A DNA stretch of 64,000 nt, from NCBI GenBank assembly GCA_947478365.1, contig CANJWG010000001.1:15532-79531 (forward strand), written 5' to 3'. The notes beneath the pieces are model-generated. The model searched no databases. It saw only the letters and a program-made list of their open reading frames with translations, and was not told the origin of the DNA. A program made the translations under genes and the position numbers. Below, piece by piece: positions 1 through 8,562 of the stretch (positions are counted from its first letter, which is position 1; every line of letters begins with the position of its first letter). The stretch comes from Flavobacteriaceae bacterium (GTDB lineage Bacteria; Bacteroidota; Bacteroidia; Flavobacteriales; Flavobacteriaceae).

Positions 1-477
1 GTGGCTACAACTGCAAAAACGGAAGGTAAAAATCTTGAAAAGAATGATCTTGAAACCCTCATTAGCACCTATAAACTTGAAAACTCCTATATCGGTATAA
101 TCGGAAAATCAATTGAACCCGCTATCAGACCTTTAGGTTATGATTGGAAAATTGGCATAGCTGTGGTTACTTCCTTTGCGGCTCGTGAAGTTTTTGTCGG
201 AACATTGGCAACCATTTACAGTGTTGGAAACAATAATGATGATAGCACAATTAAAAGTAAAATGCAAGCCGATGTTCGTGCTGACGGGACAAAAATATTC
301 AACTTCGCAACAGGTGTTTCTTTATTGCTTTTTTATGCTTTTGCAATGCAATGTGCCAGTACGCTTGCCATAACAAAAAAAGAAACCAACTCTTGGAAAT
401 GGCCATTAGTTCAGCTGATTTTTATGAGTGGATTTGCTTATATAACTGCATTACTTGCTTATCAAATTCTAAAATAA
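1..477 (+). CDS. feoB: Ferrous iron transporter FeoB, C-terminal part (5' truncated by window edge)
   Basis: PLGYDWKIGIAVVTSFAAREVFVGTLATIY and FYAFAMQC motifs typical of the FeoB C-terminal gate region. Confidence 0.93.
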   Translation: MATTAKTEGKNLEKNDLETLISTYKLENSYIGIIGKSIEPAIRPLGYDWKIGIAVVTSFAAREVFVGTLATIYSVGNNNDDSTIKSKMQADVRADGTKIFNFATGVSLLLFYAFAMQCASTLAITKKETNSWKWPLVQLIFMSGFAYITALLAYQILK

Positions 478-517
478 ATCTTCCCTAAAAATACTTAAAA
501 AATATTTTAAAAATTTA

Positions 518-581
518 TTATTTATATTTTGTCTAAATAAATATAAAGAGTATTTTTGCCGCGTAGAATTAATCTAAATAA
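518..581 (+). promoter_or_regulatory. Bacteroidota sigma70 promoter overlapped by two Fur-like boxes
   Basis: -33 TTTG (528-531), 19-nt spacer, -7 TATTTTTG (551-558); imperfect palindromes TTATTTATA-N5-TCTAAATAA (518-540) and TAGA-ATTAA-TCTAAATAA (564-581). Confidence 0.65.
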
Positions 582-584
582 CAT

Positions 585-2792
585 ATGCGACTGCTATATT
601 TTATACTCCCCTTATTGGTTTTTGCCAATACTAGTAATGCTCAAGACAAATTCGATATAGAAGAAAATGACACTGTAAAAAAACTTCCCCCAGTGATCAT
701 TATTACAAAACAACAAAGTCCGGATAGAATGCCTGAAACCAAAGACAATGTGTTATTCTCTGGGAAAAAGAATGAGGTGTTAAAACTTTCAAATATTAAT
801 GGAAATTTAACCAATAATAATGCTAGAGAAATTTTTGCTAGAATTCCCGGTGTAACCGTATGGGAAAATGAAGGTTCGGGAATTCAAATCAATGTTGGAG
901 TGAGAGGTTTAAGTCCAAACCGAAGCTGGGAATTAAATACTAGACAAAACGGCTATGATATTTCATCCGATGTTTTTGGTTATCCGGAAGCGTACTACAA
1001 CCCGCCATTAGAAGCAGTTGAAACTATCGAATTTATTCGTGGTGGTGCTTCGTTACAGTTTGGACCGCAATTCGGTGGGATGTTGAACTATGTTCTAAAA
1101 AGAGAAACCAAAAAGAAATTCTCATTTGAAACTCAAAATACGGTTGGAAGTTATGGTTTGATGAGTAGCTACAACGCCATTGGTGGAAACTTTAAAAAGT
1201 TCTCCTATTATGTATACAATCATTCTCGTAGCGCCGATGGTTGGAGAGAAAATAGTGATTACACCGTTAGAAATTCACATGTTTTTGTAGAATATCGTTT
1301 TACAGAAAACACAAAACTATCGGCAGAATACACCAATATGGATTATAAAATGCAGCAAGCTGGTGGTTTAACTGATGAACAATTTAACAATGATTCTCGA
1401 CAATCGTTTCGTGAGCGAAATTGGTTTGGTACGCCTTGGAATGTGTTTTCTATAAATTTTGACGCCAAATTAAATGACAAATTAACTTCAAACACAAAAC
1501 TATTTGGACTTATTGGAGAACGAAATAGTGTAGGTTTTACGGCTACACCAAATATCGAGGATGCAATAAATCCTGCAACAAACAATTTTGCAAATCGTAG
1601 AGTAGATCGTGATTATTATAAAAACTTTGGGCTAGAAAATCGAAACATTTATAAATATAAATTAGGGGGAATTAATAATAATCTAGCTTTTGGAGTGCGT
1701 TTATACAAAGCCAATACGCAACGTATGCAAGATGGTAAAGGAACAACTGGTTCCGATTTTGATTTGTCAATTGATGGAAGATATGTGCGAGATTTAGATT
1801 TCACAACCGAGAATTTGGCTGTTTTTGCTGAAAATCAATTTAAAGTAACTGAAAAATTTAGCGTAACACCAGGAGTTCGTTACGAGTACATTCAAAATAC
1901 AGGAGAAGGACGATTTGGAATTAGCGGTGGAACTGATATCGCCTTTCCAAACAAAACAATTTCAAGAAGTCAACCGCTTTTTGGATTGGGATTGGAATAT
2001 AAATTCAGAACCACAAACATTTACGCCAATATTACGCAAGCGTTTAGACCAGTATTGTTTTCTGATTTAACACCACCAGCGGTTAGTGATGTTATTGATC
2101 CAAACCTAAAAGATGCTAGCGGTTTCAATGCTGATATAGGCTTTAGAGGAACTTTTAAAAATTATCTGAACTTCGATTTTAGTTTGTTTTATCTTAGTTA
2201 CAATAATAGAATTGGTGTAATTAACGATCCAACACAAGGGACATCACTCTATAGAACCAATCTTGGAGAAACCGTCAATAAAGGAATTGAAGGATTTGTA
2301 AATCTTAATGTAACACGCCTTTTCGAAATAGAAAAACCTTATGGTAATCTTGATTTTTTTGCTACGATTAGTTTTATTGATTCTCGATATAAAGATTTTA
2401 AAACCTTTGCAACTTCAGGAACAGCGCCAAATGTTAATTTGGATGGAAACAGAGTGGAAAATGCTCCACGATACATTCACAACTTAGGTCTTTCATGGAC
2501 AAACAACAACATCTCAACTACCCTACAATACAGAATGTCGGGAAGAATTTTCACCGATGCCAACAATACCCAAACAGCATCTGCAACTGGTGTTAAAGGC
2601 ATGTTAGACAAATACAGTCTTTTGGATTTTTCATCTGAATATAAATTCTTAAAAAACTATAATATTCGCGTAGGAATTAATAATTTATTTGATGAAGAAT
2701 ATGCCACTCGTCGATCAAGCGGTTATCCTGGCCCTGGAATTTTACCTGGAGAAGGTAGAACGTTTTATATTTCGATTGGAGCAAAGTTTTAA
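585..2792 (+). CDS. TonB-dependent receptor, FecA-like (iron complex)
   Basis: Signal peptide, plug motifs (RIPGV, VRGLSPNRS, IEFIRGG), C-terminal GINNLFD..Y..GRTFYISIGAKF with terminal Phe. Confidence 0.92.
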   Translation: MRLLYFILPLLVFANTSNAQDKFDIEENDTVKKLPPVIIITKQQSPDRMPETKDNVLFSGKKNEVLKLSNINGNLTNNNAREIFARIPGVTVWENEGSGIQINVGVRGLSPNRSWELNTRQNGYDISSDVFGYPEAYYNPPLEAVETIEFIRGGASLQFGPQFGGMLNYVLKRETKKKFSFETQNTVGSYGLMSSYNAIGGNFKKFSYYVYNHSRSADGWRENSDYTVRNSHVFVEYRFTENTKLSAEYTNMDYKMQQAGGLTDEQFNNDSRQSFRERNWFGTPWNVFSINFDAKLNDKLTSNTKLFGLIGERNSVGFTATPNIEDAINPATNNFANRRVDRDYYKNFGLENRNIYKYKLGGINNNLAFGVRLYKANTQRMQDGKGTTGSDFDLSIDGRYVRDLDFTTENLAVFAENQFKVTEKFSVTPGVRYEYIQNTGEGRFGISGGTDIAFPNKTISRSQPLFGLGLEYKFRTTNIYANITQAFRPVLFSDLTPPAVSDVIDPNLKDASGFNADIGFRGTFKNYLNFDFSLFYLSYNNRIGVINDPTQGTSLYRTNLGETVNKGIEGFVNLNVTRLFEIEKPYGNLDFFATISFIDSRYKDFKTFATSGTAPNVNLDGNRVENAPRYIHNLGLSWTNNNISTTLQYRMSGRIFTDANNTQTASATGVKGMLDKYSLLDFSSEYKFLKNYNIRVGINNLFDEEYATRRSSGYPGPGILPGEGRTFYISIGAKF

Positions 2793-2806
2793 TATAATTA
2801 AATCAT

Positions 2807-2837
2807 AAAAGGGTCTCAATTCGTTGGAAACCTTTTT
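2807..2837 (+). terminator. Probable intrinsic terminator after the TonB-dependent receptor
   Basis: AAAAGGGTCTCAA..TTGGAAACCTTTTT imperfect stem followed by a T-run. Confidence 0.5.
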
Positions 2838-2848
2838 ACCTTTACAAT

Positions 2849-2974
2849 ATGAATATTCAGGAAATACTAGTCTATTTTACTGTGTTTGCCGCAATTATTT
2901 TCTTCTGTAGAAAATTTATTTGGAAACCTAAGTCTAAGAAAAACTGTGGTGATGATGGCTGTGGTTGTCATTAA
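2849..2974 (+). CDS. FeoB-associated Cys-rich membrane peptide (41 aa; absent from ORF track)
   Basis: Hand translation MNIQEILVYFTVFAAIIFFCRKFIWKPKSKKNCGDDGCGCH*: one TM helix, basic linker, CxxxxCxCH tail; near feoB. Confidence 0.85.
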   Translation: MNIQEILVYFTVFAAIIFFCRKFIWKPKSKKNCGDDGCGCH

Positions 2975-3789
2975 CCCAAAGCTACATCTAAAGTCATCAT
3001 TACAATAAATCCAGTAATCAATCCCAACGTGGCAATATCAGTGTTTTTATCTTGTTGCGTTTCAGGAATAACTTCTTCAACCACTACAAATATCATCGCG
3101 CCAGCAGCAAATGCCAATGCATAAGGTAAAATGGGAATAAAAAATATTACGGCAACAGCTCCTAAAACACCCGCAATAGGCTCTACCAAAGCGGATGATT
3201 GTCCGTACATAAAACTTTTCCATCTACTCATTCCCATTCTTCGTAATGGCATGGAAACAGCAATCCCTTCAGGAAAATTTTGAATTCCAATTCCAATAGC
3301 CAATGTTACGGCACCTGCAATGGATGCTTCGGGAATTCCGGCTGCAACACCACCAAAAAGAACTCCAACCGCCAACCCTTCGGGAATGTTGTGTAATGTA
3401 ATAGCTAAAACTAAAAGAGTTGTACGTTGCCATGGCGACTTAACTCCTTCCGTTTCTTTAAAATTGATGTGTAAATGAGGAAGCAATTTATCTAAACCAA
3501 AAATAAATAAAGCGCCTAAAGCAAATCCAACTGCTGCCGGAATTACTTTAACAAATCCTTCGCCTTTACTCATTTCAATGGCTGGCGATAACAAACTCCA
3601 AAAGCTTGCTGCAATCATAACACCACCAGTAAAACCGAGCATTCCATCAAGAACAACGCGATTCATATTCTTAAAAAAGAAAACAAAGGATGCCCCAAGT
3701 GCCGTTAAAAACCAGGTAAATAACGTGGCGTATAAAGCCGCCAAAACTGGATTTATACTTTCGAAATAGGTAATAATTGACTCAAACAT
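2971..3789 (-). CDS. ZIP family (ZupT/GufA) metal transporter
   Basis: LHNIPEGLAVG and IQNFPEG motifs, multiple TM helices. Confidence 0.93.
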   Translation of the reverse strand: MFESIITYFESINPVLAALYATLFTWFLTALGASFVFFFKNMNRVVLDGMLGFTGGVMIAASFWSLLSPAIEMSKGEGFVKVIPAAVGFALGALFIFGLDKLLPHLHINFKETEGVKSPWQRTTLLVLAITLHNIPEGLAVGVLFGGVAAGIPEASIAGAVTLAIGIGIQNFPEGIAVSMPLRRMGMSRWKSFMYGQSSALVEPIAGVLGAVAVIFFIPILPYALAFAAGAMIFVVVEEVIPETQQDKNTDIATLGLITGFIVMMTLDVALG

Positions 3790-3791
3790 AA

Positions 3792-4439
3792 TTAATGAAC
3801 GTATAAATTAGTAGCTATTTTATTTGATATCGTAATTTCTTTTGAATTGATTTCTACCAGTAAAGTATCATCAAAGCTATCTTTTTCCTTGACCAAAAAA
3901 GTCGATCCCAAAGCAATTTTTTGTTTATCCAAATACTTTAAAAAATCAGAAGACGAATCTTTCATACCAATGCAACGATATTGTTTGTTTAGTTCAACTT
4001 CTGAAAGCAGTAATTTATTGACTTTTTTAATTTCGCCATCGGCATTTGGAATAGGATCGCCATGTGGATCAAAATCAGGAAATCCTAAAAACTTATCCAA
4101 CTTGTTGATTAAAGAGTCAGATTTAATATGTTCTAGTTCTTCAGCAATATCATGCACCTCATCCCAAGAAAAATTAAGTTTATCAACCAAAAAAACTTCC
4201 CACAAACGGTGCTTCCTCACTATCATTTTTGCCAGATGAAATCCTTTGGATGTCAACGTTACACCTTGGTATTTTTGATAAGCAACTAGTTCTTTATCAG
4301 AAAGTTTTTTTAACATATCTGTTACTGAAGAAGCTTTAGTATCTAGCATTCCGGCAATAGCATTGGTATTTACTCCTTTAGGAGAAACAAGCGATAAATG
4401 ATAGATAACTTTTAGATAATTTTCTTCTGAGGTTGTCAT
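3792..4439 (-). CDS. DtxR/MntR-family metal-dependent transcriptional regulator
   Basis: SEENYLKVIY, RKHRLWEVFL, AEELEH, DPHGDPIP motifs plus FeoA-like C-terminal domain; ATG at 4439 preferred over 4460. Confidence 0.93.
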   Translation of the reverse strand: MTTSEENYLKVIYHLSLVSPKGVNTNAIAGMLDTKASSVTDMLKKLSDKELVAYQKYQGVTLTSKGFHLAKMIVRKHRLWEVFLVDKLNFSWDEVHDIAEELEHIKSDSLINKLDKFLGFPDFDPHGDPIPNADGEIKKVNKLLLSEVELNKQYRCIGMKDSSSDFLKYLDKQKIALGSTFLVKEKDSFDDTLLVEINSKEITISNKIATNLYVH

Positions 4440-4494
4440 TAATAGAAATTTAATTTTCACAAAGAAAAGAAATTATTATTTAGTTGTCAAAATT

Positions 4495-4518
4495 TATTTT
4501 TAGTTTTGTCTAAAAATA
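4495..4518. promoter_or_regulatory. Candidate DtxR/MntR operator
   Basis: Perfect inverted repeat TATTTTTAG-N6-CTAAAAATA between the regulator and the divergent gene. Confidence 0.6.
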
Positions 4519-4525
4519 TAAAATT

Positions 4526-4785
4526 ATGAAAAACAAAGCGCTCTTTTCACTATTGTTTTTGTCTTTATCCTGTTATGCACAGGATATTCCTTAACTGACA
4601 AATTGGGTTCTTATATAGAATTTTTTGGATTGGCTCCAGAAAAAGACAAAGCAAACCATAGTTTTGATGGTGGTTTGACTTATTTGATTAACAACAATTT
4701 TATGTTAGATTTGTCTTCGGGAATAGGCATTACTGATAATGCACCAGACCATTATGTGGCTCTCGGTTTTTCGTTCCGTATATAA
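4526..4785 (+). pseudogene. Internally deleted outer-membrane beta-barrel ('transporter', phenol-degradation MetA-like family) gene
   Basis: Signal peptide MKNKALFSLLFLSLSCYAQDIP* (4526-4594) joined out of frame at GGATATTCC to barrel C-terminus GYSLTDKLGSYIEFFG...YVALGFSFRI*. Confidence 0.75.
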
Positions 4786-5976
4786 ATGAAACACTACAAT
4801 TACATTTTCACAGGTTCGGGTTTATCAGCGCTAATGACTGTTTATGAAATGGTTCTTTCTAACAAATTTGAAGATAAAACCATTTTACTTATCGATGAAA
4901 ATTCAAAAAAAGCAAATGACAGAACCTGGTGTTTTTGGGATGAAAACACCCCGCCCTTCGGGCACCCCTCTGGAAGAGGGGAAATTTTTCCGAATATCAT
5001 TTCTAAAAAATGGAGCACAGCTATTTTCGCTGATAAAAACATGACCCGAGAACTAATTCTCGAACCATATCAGTACAAAATGGTAAAAGGTTTGGATTTT
5101 TATACGCTGGTCTTTGATGAACTTTCTAAACATTCAAATATTCATTTTGTTAATCAAAAAGTTATAGATTTTCAAGAATTAGGGAATCATTGTGTTGTAA
5201 AAACTGATACAGAAAGTTTTACCTGTAATCAAATTTTTAACTCAATATTTATTCCCGAACCAATTAAAAACCAAGCCAAATACCCTTTTTTACATCAGCA
5301 TTTTATTGGTTGGTTTATAAAAAGTAACCAAGCTGTTTTTAATCCGGATTTCGCCACTTTTATGGATTTTTCTGTTGAACAAAAAGGCAATACGCGATTT
5401 ATGTATGTGCTGCCCACTTCAGAAACCGAAGCCTTAATTGAATACACTTTATTCTCTACAGATTTATTATCTAAAGAAGAATATGAAAATGAAATCCTAA
5501 ATTACATCCAAAAACTCGGAATCATCGAATACGAAATTATTGAAAAAGAACGAGGAAACATTCCGATGACTTCGTATGAATTCTGGAAACATAATACGAA
5601 AAACATCATCAATATTGGTTCTGCCGGCGGCTGGACCAAAGCAAGTACGGGGTATACATTTAAAAACACTACAAAAAAATCTAAGGCTTTAGTGCAGTTT
5701 CTCCAAACGGAAACTGACTTTAGTAAATTTCACAAAAAAAATAAATTTTGGTTCTATGATTTGTTGTTTTTGGATGTATTAAACAGAAGAAATGATTTAG
5801 GTTCTAAAGTATTTTCAGCACTTTTCAAAAAAGGAAATCCAACTTTAATCTTAAAATTTCTAGATGAAGAAACGTCACTTTGGGAAGACTTACAAGTGAT
5901 ATGGAAATGTCCAAAAGGGCTTTTTATTAAAGCATTATTCCACCGAATTATCAATTTTAAAATGTTTGATAATTGA
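4786..5976 (+). CDS. crtY: Lycopene cyclase family FAD-dependent protein
   Basis: GSGLSA dinucleotide-binding motif, NDRTWCFW, FMYVLP, IGSAGGWTKASTGY. Confidence 0.88.
   Translation: MKHYNYIFTGSGLSALMTVYEMVLSNKFEDKTILLIDENSKKANDRTWCFWDENTPPFGHPSGRGEIFPNIISKKWSTAIFADKNMTRELILEPYQYKMVKGLDFYTLVFDELSKHSNIHFVNQKVIDFQELGNHCVVKTDTESFTCNQIFNSIFIPEPIKNQAKYPFLHQHFIGWFIKSNQAVFNPDFATFMDFSVEQKGNTRFMYVLPTSETEALIEYTLFSTDLLSKEEYENEILNYIQKLGIIEYEIIEKERGNIPMTSYEFWKHNTKNIINIGSAGGWTKASTGYTFKNTTKKSKALVQFLQTETDFSKFHKKNKFWFYDLLFLDVLNRRNDLGSKVFSALFKKGNPTLILKFLDEETSLWEDLQVIWKCPKGLFIKALFHRIINFKMFDN
4948..4983. repeat. GC-rich double-hairpin element, in frame within crtY
   Basis: ACCCCGCCCTTCGGGCACCCCTCTGGAAGAGGGGAA; stems GCCC/GGGC and CCCCTCT/AGAGGGG; encodes TPPFGHPSGRGE. 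Confidence 0.75.
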
Positions 5977-6315
5977 GGAAATTATAGATGCAAACCAAAA
6001 AACAGTTATGAAAATCATCCAGTGTACAACTTCAGTTGTTTTTACTATAGCTTCATTATAGTCTTGTAAATATTTCAATAACTTTTGTTTATTTTCAATA
6101 TCATCTATATCTGCTGGATAACCAAATGAAGCAAGTGAAGGAGTACTTGGAAGCCAAAACAACATAAATGCCATTACAAATCCATAAAAAATCAATCTAA
6201 ATTGAAGCATTAATTTGAAATTGTTTTGGCGTTTAATAATAAAATAACCAACTATAAAAACTCCCCCAAAAAATATAAAGTAGTAAGTAATATCTAAATT
6301 TTCTAAATAATCCAT
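5935..6315 (-). CDS. Hypothetical membrane protein (about 3 TM helices)
   Basis: 126-aa ORF with hydrophobic segments; convergent 42-nt overlap with crtY. Confidence 0.7.
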   Translation of the reverse strand: MDYLENLDITYYFIFFGGVFIVGYFIIKRQNNFKLMLQFRLIFYGFVMAFMLFWLPSTPSLASFGYPADIDDIENKQKLLKYLQDYNEAIVKTTEVVHWMIFITVFWFASIISSIIKHFKIDNSVE

Positions 6316-6448
6316 TTAATTTAAATTTGAAATGTAAACATAACAAATCTTTATGATTTCTTTAAAAATTAAAAATAGAATTCTCATTATCTTTGTAATG
6401 GATTTTTTAAATCCTAATTCGTAAATTCTAATTCGTAAATAAAAAATT

Positions 6449-6859
6449 ATGTATCCAGAAGAAATGGTATCACCAATGAAAGCAGAACTTTCACAAGCTG
6501 GTTTTCAAGAATTACATACTGCTAATGATGTAGAAAACGCCATCAAGGCAGAAGGAACAACTCTTATAGTGGTAAATTCAGTTTGTGGTTGCGCAGCTAG
6601 AAATGCGCGCCCAGGAGCGAAAATGAGTTTAGATGGCACAAAAAAACCGGATCATTTAGCAACGGTTTTTGCTGGCGTTGACAAAGAAGCTGTAGATGCT
6701 GCCCGTCAGCACATGTTCCCTTTTCCTCCATCGTCGCCAAGTATGGCATTATTTAAAGACGGAGAATTGGTTCACATGCTGGAACGTCACCATATTGAAG
6801 GCCGTCCAGCTGAAATGATTGCAGAAAACCTTAGAGACGCTTACGCGGAATTCTGTTAA
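6449..6859 (+). CDS. BrxA/BrxB family bacilliredoxin (disulfide isomerase)
   Basis: [25 protein letters not shown] motifs; -7 TATCTTTG at 6388-6395. Confidence 0.92.
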   Translation: MYPEEMVSPMKAELSQAGFQELHTANDVENAIKAEGTTLIVVNSVCGCAARNARPGAKMSLDGTKKPDHLATVFAGVDKEAVDAARQHMFPFPPSSPSMALFKDGELVHMLERHHIEGRPAEMIAENLRDAYAEFC

Positions 6860-6870
6860 TTAAGAAGTCT

Positions 6871-6935
6871 AGGGATAAGAAATAAGGGGAAAGGGATAAG
6901 TAAAAATCTTATGCCTTTTCCCTTATCCCTTTTTA
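6871..6935. repeat. Inverted array of 7-mers (GGATAAG..CTTATCC)
   Basis: ggataag aaataag gggaaag ggataag taaaaat cttatgc cttttcc cttatcc ctttt. Confidence 0.8.
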
Positions 6936-7015
6936 CTTTTCAAATTAATATTATATTTGCCCCGAATTCTTCCATTTAGAATTCACAACATAATTCTCAC
7001 TTAAACGTTTATAGC

Positions 7016-8401
7016 ATGCAACTGTATAACACCTTAAGCGCAGAAGAAAGAGCTGAACTTATTGACCAAGCCGGCAAACAACGTCTTACCTTGTCTTTCT
7101 ATGCGTATGCCAAAATTGAAGATCCAAAACAATTTCGCGACAATTTATTTATCGAATGGAACAAACTCGATGCTCTTGGTCGTATCTACGTGGCCAAAGA
7201 AGGAATCAATGCCCAAATGTCGGTTCCGGCAGAAAATATGGAAGCATTTCGCGATACTTTGGAAGCCTATGATTTCATGAAAGGCATTCGCCTAAATGTA
7301 GCTGTCGAGCAAGATGACCATTCTTTTTTAAAATTAACCATAAAAGTCCGAGATAAGATCGTAGCCGACGGATTAAATGATGAAACTTTTGATGTAACCC
7401 AAATTGGCGTTCATTTAAACGCGAAGGAATTCAACCAGATTTTGGATGACCCAAATACCATTGTAGTCGATTTCAGAAATCATTACGAAAGTGAAATTGG
7501 TCATTTCATGGGTGCCATAACTCCTGACGTGGAGACGTTCAGAGAAAGTTTGCCAATAATAAATGAGCAACTTCAAAATCATAAAGAAGATAAAAACCTG
7601 GTGATGTATTGCACTGGTGGAATTCGTTGCGAAAAAGCTTCTGCTTATTTTAAGCATCAAGGGTTTAAAAATGTATATCAGTTAGAAGGTGGAATAATCA
7701 ATTATGCCAAGCAAATTCAGGAAGAAGGTTTGGATAGTAAATTCATTGGGAAGAACTTCGTTTTCGATCATCGCCTTGGTGAAAGAATTACGGATGATAT
7801 CGTTTCGCAATGCCATCAATGTGGAAAACCTTGCGATAATCACACCAATTGTGAAAACGAAGGTTGTCATTTGTTATTTATTCAATGTGATGAATGCAAA
7901 ACTGCCTTGGAAAATTGTTGCTCGACCGAATGTAAGAAAATCATTCATATGTCTTTGGCTGACCAAGTAAAATTGCGTCGTGGCGTGAAAAATGGAAACA
8001 AGATTTTTAGGAAAGGAAAATCGGATAAATTATTGTTCAAACATTCGGGCAAACTTTCCGATAAACCATTGGCTATAGCCGACACGAACGAAAGCGAACT
8101 GGCGAAGCAAAAGGCAAAAAATATTCGTCAAAAAATCAAAATCAAAAAAATACTTCTCGGTAAAGCCGAACATTATTATGTAAAAGTTGGCATCGGTCTT
8201 TTTAGTATCGAAAATCAAGAAGTAACTATTGGCGATAAAATTTTAATTTCAGGACCAACCACTGGAAATCAGGAAATTGTTGTTGAAAAAATGTTTGTCA
8301 ACGGAAGCGAAAATACAATTGCAAAAGTTGGAGACAAAGTAACTTTGAGTTTACCTTTCCGAATTCGTTTATCAGACAAACTGTTTAAAATCATTGCATA
8401 A
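7016..8401 (+). CDS. trhO: Rhodanese-domain tRNA U34 hydroxylase TrhO (YceA/UPF0176) with C-terminal beta-barrel extension
   Basis: GRIYVAKEGINAQ, DFRNHYE, YCTGGIRCEK, LEGGI..Y, GKNFVFD, Cys-rich tail; -7 TATATTTG at 6952-6959. Confidence 0.88.
   Translation: MQLYNTLSAEERAELIDQAGKQRLTLSFYAYAKIEDPKQFRDNLFIEWNKLDALGRIYVAKEGINAQMSVPAENMEAFRDTLEAYDFMKGIRLNVAVEQDDHSFLKLTIKVRDKIVADGLNDETFDVTQIGVHLNAKEFNQILDDPNTIVVDFRNHYESEIGHFMGAITPDVETFRESLPIINEQLQNHKEDKNLVMYCTGGIRCEKASAYFKHQGFKNVYQLEGGIINYAKQIQEEGLDSKFIGKNFVFDHRLGERITDDIVSQCHQCGKPCDNHTNCENEGCHLLFIQCDECKTALENCCSTECKKIIHMSLADQVKLRRGVKNGNKIFRKGKSDKLLFKHSGKLSDKPLAIADTNESELAKQKAKNIRQKIKIKKILLGKAEHYYVKVGIGLFSIENQEVTIGDKILISGPTTGNQEIVVEKMFVNGSENTIAKVGDKVTLSLPFRIRLSDKLFKIIA
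8093..8111 (+). repeat. AGCGAACTGGCGAAGCAAA element, copy 1 (within trhO)
   Basis: 19/19 identical to 9722-9740; read as SELAKQ. Confidence 0.85.
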
Positions 8402-8562
8402 AACAAGTTGTTTTTAGCTTAATATATCTCAGCTTTTATGTGAAATTTTTTCACTAGAATTTGGGATTTTTTTATTGTAATTTATTTTTTTAAAATACTA
8501 TCTTTACCAATTAATCGTTTTATGAATTATAAGTTGCTTTTTGCAATACTCAATATATAATT

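Noticed and set aside
6871-6935. Possible CRISPR-like array among the short repeats
   Set aside because: Units are 6-9 nt with no unique spacers, and no cas genes are present.
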